Source of the DNA: Planctomycetota bacterium
Lineage (GTDB): Bacteria; Planctomycetota; UBA8108; SXIK01
Direction of reading: 5' to 3'
DNA: 64,000 bases
Assembly (NCBI GenBank): GCA_965223265.1
Contig: OZ244999.1
Span: 7,264,001 to 7,328,000 of the forward strand
Shown here: positions 58,786 to 64,000 of the stretch, piece after piece
Numbering within the stretch: position 1 is the stretch's first letter
How the letters are laid out: the number at the start of each line of letters is the position of its first letter
Position numbers and translations under genes: made by a program
The notes under the pieces: model-generated
The model's database searches: none
What the model was told of the DNA's origin: nothing
Seen by the model: the letters and a program-made list of their open reading frames with translations, nothing else

Positions 58786-60351
58786 ATGCCAAACTCTTCG
58801 GAGCCATGTGACCGAGCGGCAACGATGGGTGGCCGTTCGCGACCACCCGTCCTGAGAGTGTCGCGCGTCGACAAACACTTCCCCGGGGTGCAGGCACTCA
58901 AAGCCGTGTCACTCGAGGTATTCGCCGGTGAGGTGTTGGCGCTCATAGGCGAAAACGGCGCTGGCAAGAGCACGTTGATAAAGATCATCGGCGGCATCTA
59001 TCAACCCGACAGTGGCACGCTGGAGATTGAGGGCCGCGAGGTGCAGTTCCGAAGCGTCCAAGAGTCCCAGCGCGCTGGCATCGCGGTCATCCATCAAGAA
59101 CTCAACCTCGTCGAAAACTTAAGCATCGCTGAGAATATTTACCTTGGTCGACAGCCCCGGCGCACGCGCTGGGGCCTGCAGGACCGACGCGCGCTCGAGC
59201 GCGGCGCGGCGAATGCGCTCGAGCGCGTTGGCCTGGATGTCTCCCCATCGACGCGACTCGATCGACTCAGTCCGGGCCAGAAGCAACTCGTCGAGATCGC
59301 CAAATCGCTGTCACAGGACGCGAAGCTGCTGATCTTTGATGAACCGACGAGTTCTTTGTCGACGCGCGAATCAGAACGCCTCTTCGCACTCATCGACGAG
59401 CTCCGAAATCGTGGCCTGGCCGTCGTCTATATTTCTCATCGGCTCGGCGAGATTTCGCGACTCTCGAAGCGTGTTCAAGTGCTGCGAGACGGTGAGGAAG
59501 CGGGCTTTCTTCACGGCGACGAAATCACGCACGAGGCGATGGTGCGTCTTATGGTCGGTCGACAAATCTCCAGTCACTTCGGACACGAACGCAGAGAGAC
59601 GTTGTCGCGTCGTGTCGTTCTCTCCGTGCGAGATCTTCGGCTGCCCAGCGTACCGCATGCTGTCTCGCTTGACGTCCACGAGGGCGAGATCCTTGGCCTC
59701 GGCGGCTTGGTCGGAGCCGGTCGGAGCGAACTCGTCCGTGCGATTTTCGGCGTCGACCCGATCGAGAGCGGCGAGGTCTACGTCGATGGCGAGCCTGTCC
59801 CGTGTCACTCGCCGCGGCAAGCCATCGCCGCGGGAATCCTGTTGGTACCGGAGGATCGTAAGACGCAAGGACTCATCGTCGACCTGAACGTGGGCGACAA
59901 TGTTACACTTGCCGCCTTGGCGCGGCTCGGCAGGTTCGGGATCCGCCGCCCGCGCCGTGAAGCCGACGCGGCGGCGGCGGAGGTGACGCGCCTCGGCGTA
60001 CGCCCGGCGCGTTTGAGCACGGTTGTGAAGAACCTCAGTGGAGGCAACCAGCAAAAGATCGTTCTCGGCAAGTGGCTGTCGATGGGAGGACGCGTCCTCA
60101 TCCTCGATGAGCCGACGCGCGGCGTCGACGTCGGTGCGAAGGAAGAGATCTACCACCTGATGTCGGAACTGGCTCGCGATGGGCTCGGCATCCTCATGGT
60201 GAGCTCGGAGATGGAAGAGCTCATCGCCATGAGCGACCGGATCGTCGTGCTTCACGAGCGACGTTTGGCTGGCGAGCTCTGCGGCGACGAAATGACCGAA
60301 GAGAACGTGTTGACCCTCGGCACAGGCGGCTTTTTGGGTGCTCGGCCATGA
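58786..60351 (+). CDS. Sugar ABC transporter ATP-binding protein (RbsA-like, double NBD)
   Basis: GENGAGKST, FDEPT, ISHRL, GAGRSE, PEDRK, LSGGNQQK, LDEPTRGVDVGAK. Confidence 0.93.
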   Translation: MPNSSEPCDRAATMGGRSRPPVLRVSRVDKHFPGVQALKAVSLEVFAGEVLALIGENGAGKSTLIKIIGGIYQPDSGTLEIEGREVQFRSVQESQRAGIAVIHQELNLVENLSIAENIYLGRQPRRTRWGLQDRRALERGAANALERVGLDVSPSTRLDRLSPGQKQLVEIAKSLSQDAKLLIFDEPTSSLSTRESERLFALIDELRNRGLAVVYISHRLGEISRLSKRVQVLRDGEEAGFLHGDEITHEAMVRLMVGRQISSHFGHERRETLSRRVVLSVRDLRLPSVPHAVSLDVHEGEILGLGGLVGAGRSELVRAIFGVDPIESGEVYVDGEPVPCHSPRQAIAAGILLVPEDRKTQGLIVDLNVGDNVTLAALARLGRFGIRRPRREADAAAAEVTRLGVRPARLSTVVKNLSGGNQQKIVLGKWLSMGGRVLILDEPTRGVDVGAKEEIYHLMSELARDGLGILMVSSEMEELIAMSDRIVVLHERRLAGELCGDEMTEENVLTLGTGGFLGARP

Positions 60352-61352
60352 AAGCGCGGAGATCCCCCAGCGCCGACAACTCAGAGCGCCGGTTCTCGGA
60401 CGTCACCGTGCAGGTTTGGGGCATGGCGGCTCTTCTCCTCGGTCTGGTCGTGATCTCGTGGCTGACCGATCCACGTTTTCTCAGCGCCTACAACCTGCAG
60501 ACGATGAGTCGTGAAATCGCCATCTTGGCGCTTTTCGCCATCGGCCAGGGGATCGTCATCATCGCCGGAGGCATCGACCTCTCCGTGGGCTCGATTGTTT
60601 GCTTCGTTGGTCTCAATACGATCACGTTTCTGGCGCCGGAGTACGGCTACGGCTGGCCCGTTTTCGCGGTTCTGGCCGCAGCGCTATTCTTCAGCACCTC
60701 CCTCGGTGCGCTGCACGGTGTTCTCGTTTGCCATCTAAGACTGCAACCGTTCATGGTGACCCTATGTTCCTTGTTGATCTACCGCAGCCTCGCCCGCGGC
60801 GTCAGCGACGACCAGACACGAGCCTATCGCGCGGTCGACCTCGAACTGTTCAGCTCACTCGGCCGCGACATGGTTCTTCACGTCCCCGTTCCCGTGTGGA
60901 TCCTCTTGGGGACCGGGATCGTGTTGGCGATGTTCATGAACTTCGTCGTCTACGGGCGGTACCTGTTCGCCATCGGCTACAACCTCGAGGCCGCCCGCTT
61001 CTCCGGAGTGCGCACGCACACTCTCCGGGTCGCCACCTTCGCGCTGAGCGGGTTTCTCGCCGGACTTGCGGGGATTCTCGAGGCCAGCCAGATCGGTAGC
61101 GTCGCACCATCGACCTCAGGGTTAGCCTATGAGCTCCACGGCATCACCGCCGCGGTGCTGGGTGGCTGCGCGCTGCGCGGAGGCCAAGGCTCGATCATCG
61201 GCATCATCATCGGCGCCGCAATTCTCAAAGTCATGCAGCGGATGATCGTCTTCCTTGGACTTGGGACCCACTGGACCGACGCTGTGATCGGCTCAGTGCT
61301 CCTCGTCGCGGTGGTGACCGACTCGCTGGTCAAGCGACGGCGAGGAACGTAG
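60348..61352 (+). CDS. Sugar ABC transporter permease (RbsC-like)
   Basis: GGIDLSVGS, PFMVTL, GRYLFAIG.N.EAARFSGV, YEL..ITAAVLGG; ATGA overlap with the ATPase gene. Confidence 0.92.
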   Translation: MKARRSPSADNSERRFSDVTVQVWGMAALLLGLVVISWLTDPRFLSAYNLQTMSREIAILALFAIGQGIVIIAGGIDLSVGSIVCFVGLNTITFLAPEYGYGWPVFAVLAAALFFSTSLGALHGVLVCHLRLQPFMVTLCSLLIYRSLARGVSDDQTRAYRAVDLELFSSLGRDMVLHVPVPVWILLGTGIVLAMFMNFVVYGRYLFAIGYNLEAARFSGVRTHTLRVATFALSGFLAGLAGILEASQIGSVAPSTSGLAYELHGITAAVLGGCALRGGQGSIIGIIIGAAILKVMQRMIVFLGLGTHWTDAVIGSVLLVAVVTDSLVKRRRGT

Positions 61353-61374
61353 GCTGTAGGGGCAGCCTGCTAAG

Positions 61375-61541
61375 CTAACAGCCTGTTGAAAAAGTGCTTC
61401 GAGTCGAAAACTGGTCGCTTCGCGTCCAGATCGGCCGCGGCGAACGTAGGTAATCTCCGAGATTTTCGAGGCTCGCCGCGGTCGATCTGGGCGTGAAGAG
61501 GCCAGTTTCTCGGCCGAATGACTTTTTCAACGGGCTGCTAA
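61375..61541. mobile_element. MITE-like element, copy C
   Basis: CTAACAGCCTGTTGAAAAAGT...ACTTTTTCAACGGGCTGCTAA; reverse complement of copy A with few differences; GCTAAGCTAA spans both junctions. Confidence 0.85.
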
Positions 61542-61542
61542 G

Positions 61543-63327
61543 CTAAGTGTCTTCCTTCGCCGACGTGTTGCGTCGACTACGGCGACGCGGGCGACGCCTG
61601 CGTGGGCGACTCGATCGGTCCGCCGCGCCTTCGGCGCCACCTTCAGTGGGCTTCGGCCGCTCCGCTGCGGCTCCGGAATCACCCCCAGAGGCAGCTCGAT
61701 CCGAGTCTGACTTCGTCTTTTTGCGTCCGCCGCGTCGACGACGAGGACGCCGCTTCTTCTCCCCTCGTTCGTCTTTCCCCTTCTGTCCCGAGCTTGAAGC
61801 TGGACGCGCGGCGGGAGTAGGAGTCGGCTTATCTGGAATGAGACTCTCGTCGATGTCGAAATAGTCAGTCTTAACGAAGTCGTCCTCGATCTCATCGAGT
61901 CGCAACAGCTTCGGTTTCTCTGTCACCGGGCGAGGACGCGACCACTGGCTGGCGGCAGCGGCACTCTCACTCTCCGACTCCGGTGCCGCCTCCTCGGGAT
62001 CACGCGGGCGCCGCCGCTCGTCCGGTGGCGGCGTTTCCGTGGCTGGCCGCGACGACGACGATCGCTTCCCGCCGCGTCCACCACGACGTCTCTTGGCGGC
62101 AGGCGACCGCCGGCTCGCTTCGCCACGTTCCGTCGATTCTCCAGCCTCGCCAGATCGAGATCTCGAACGACGGCGACGGTGGCGTGCGGGGCCGACCCGC
62201 TCGACCTCGTGCGCCATGCTCATGATCTTCTCCCAGCTCTGCATCTCCCGCGAGCCGACGAGAGAAATGGCCAAACCAGCGTTCCGCGCCCGCCCTGTCC
62301 GGCCGATCCGATGGACGTAGGAATCTTGGTCGTCCGGAATCTCATAGTTGATCACCATGCCGACCTTCTCGATGTCCAACCCCCGCGACGCGACATCAGT
62401 GCACACGAGCACGCGAACATCTTTGGAGCGAAATGAATCCAGTACTTTAAACCGTACATCTTGCTCCTGGTCGCCGTGGAGGGCACCGGCACTGTAGCCG
62501 TGGCCCCAGAGCATGCGGTCGAGATCGATCGTTTGACGTCGCGTGTTGCAAAAAATGATCGCTTGGCCATCCGGATGATCGTCGAGAACCTTGCACAGCT
62601 CCTTAAACTTGTCTCGCGAACTCGTCTCTATGTACTGCTGCACAATCTCACCGGCAGCCGTCGAGCCTTCGCTGGTCGAAAGCATGACAGGATCTCGCAT
62701 GTACTTCTTGAGGAGACCTTTAATCTCGTTCGGAATCGTCGCCGAAAAAAGCAAAGTTTGCCGCTCCGACGGCGTAGCTTGCAGGATCGACGAAACGTCG
62801 TCAATGAAACCCATGTCCAGCATGCGATCGGCTTCGTCGAGCACGACGAGCTCACACCACACGAGGGAAAGGAGCCGTTCACGCAGGAAGTCCAGTACAC
62901 GCCCAGGCGTGCCAACGACGACCTGTGAACCGCTGCGCAGCTTCATGAGCTGCTCACTGGCGTGAACGCCGCCGACGAGCAAGACAACGCCGAGCCCGCG
63001 TGACGCGCCCAAGGCCTCGACCACTTGAGCAACCTGCTGCGCTAATTCTCTTGTCGGTGTCAGGACGAGCGCCTGCGTCGCAACGCGCTGAGTGTCGATG
63101 CGGTCGACGAGCGGCGCAGCGAATCCCAAGGTCTTCCCGGTGCCCGTCTCGGCCTTACCGACGACGTCGCGCTTCTCGAGAATCGGGCCGATGCAGAGAT
63201 CTTGGATCGCGGTTGGCGAATGGATGCCCATATCGGCGATCGCCGTAAGAACATCCTCCGACAGTCCGAACTCCGAAAAAGTCTTCGGCCCCTGATCTAG
63301 TTCATCCATGTTTGAAGGGCTTCGCAT
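61543..63327 (-). CDS. DEAD-box RNA helicase with long Arg-rich C-terminal tail
   Basis: AETGTGKT, PTRELA, GTPGR, LDEADRMLDMGF, SAT, TDVASRGLD, HRIGRTGRA. Confidence 0.95.
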   Translation of the reverse strand: MRSPSNMDELDQGPKTFSEFGLSEDVLTAIADMGIHSPTAIQDLCIGPILEKRDVVGKAETGTGKTLGFAAPLVDRIDTQRVATQALVLTPTRELAQQVAQVVEALGASRGLGVVLLVGGVHASEQLMKLRSGSQVVVGTPGRVLDFLRERLLSLVWCELVVLDEADRMLDMGFIDDVSSILQATPSERQTLLFSATIPNEIKGLLKKYMRDPVMLSTSEGSTAAGEIVQQYIETSSRDKFKELCKVLDDHPDGQAIIFCNTRRQTIDLDRMLWGHGYSAGALHGDQEQDVRFKVLDSFRSKDVRVLVCTDVASRGLDIEKVGMVINYEIPDDQDSYVHRIGRTGRARNAGLAISLVGSREMQSWEKIMSMAHEVERVGPARHRRRRSRSRSGEAGESTERGEASRRSPAAKRRRGGRGGKRSSSSRPATETPPPDERRRPRDPEEAAPESESESAAAASQWSRPRPVTEKPKLLRLDEIEDDFVKTDYFDIDESLIPDKPTPTPAARPASSSGQKGKDERGEKKRRPRRRRGGRKKTKSDSDRAASGGDSGAAAERPKPTEGGAEGAADRSSRPRRRRPRRRSRRNTSAKEDT

Positions 63328-63502
63328 CGCCTCACCCACCCCGTTGACGAGGGCGGCGTCGAAGGCTTTGGCTCTACTTCGCCACCGTTCGGCTGGCGAA
63401 AGAGGGCTATTCTATCGGTGGAGTCGAGAAAAGAACAGCCACTCCAGCAGACGCCGGCGACCGACCTCACCGCCCCGGCAAACGGGCTCTTGCTTGGAGA
63501 CT

Positions 63503-64000
63503 TCAGTTTGTCGCATCCTCTTTTGGGACAACATCTTGAATCGCCTCTGAACGGCCAAAGAGAAGGTAGACGGCCGCCAAGGTTTGTCGCGCCTCGCGAT
63601 CAGCTTTCCCCGCATCTCGCACCAGCGCTTCAGCCAGAGGCACCGCCCGCGGATCTCGCAACCGCGCGTAAGCGCTGAGCAGGAGCTGGCGGGTGCGTCG
63701 ATGGCGGGGGAAGTAGGCAAGTGCCCGCTGGTAGTACGCCGACGCCTCCCTCAGTCGCTGTCGCGACGTCGCCGACGACTCCGGCGTCGACTTCACCAGT
63801 TCAGAAACCTCATGGGAATGCGCGCCCGGGTCGAGAGCGAGCGCTCGCGCCACGCTGTAGCGGAACGCGGCCGCCTCGAAGAGCGGCACGAGACTGATCA
63901 AGAAGGCGGTTGCAAGAAGCCTCGCCGTCCACGTCCAGCGACCGTCTCTGACGAGCGGTCTCCCCAGTGCCGTGAACTCCTGCCGCGATGACACAAGTCT
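63503..64000 (-). CDS. C-terminal part of a membrane protein with TPR-like repeats (5' end outside window)
   Basis: Frame is open to the window edge; a TM segment followed by ARALALDP and YQRALAYFP helical repeats. Confidence 0.55.
   Translation of the reverse strand, partial: RLVSSRQEFTALGRPLVRDGRWTWTARLLATAFLISLVPLFEAAAFRYSVARALALDPGAHSHEVSELVKSTPESSATSRQRLREASAYYQRALAYFPRHRRTRQLLLSAYARLRDPRAVPLAEALVRDAGKADREARQTLAAVYLLFGRSEAIQDVVPKEDATN

Overview
This GC-rich, gene-dense window looks like ordinary bacterial chromosome, probably Planctomycetota. That assignment is an inference from the dockerin-like C-terminal domains, ECF sigma/Ser-Thr kinase pairing, squalene-hopene cyclase and carboxypeptidase-regulatory-like repeat protein. 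About 40 CDS are supported, including metG, ribBA, pncA, an Omp85/BamA paralog, a sugar ABC operon and a DEAD-box helicase. I saw no rRNA, tRNA, CRISPR array, integrase or transposase. Most notable: (1) a hopanoid locus (shc, hpnG-like) converging on an RND/MMPL + periplasmic binding protein + TPR-like lipoprotein operon whose layout resembles the BstABC sterol-transport system; (2) a long cobalamin riboswitch controlling a secreted propeller-like protein with a dockerin-like tail; (3) a 40-aa THX-like ribosomal protein gene missed by the ORF track; (4) a ~165-bp MITE family whose ends coincide with stop codons; (5) a (GTGTGC)8(GTGGGC)11 microsatellite next to an inverted REP pair; (6) a MoxR-type ATPase paired with an uncharacterised TraB/GumN-like protein; (7) an ECF sigma factor with an anti-sigma-zinc-finger/VWA fusion partner. 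All family assignments come from motifs recognised by eye; no database searches were run.
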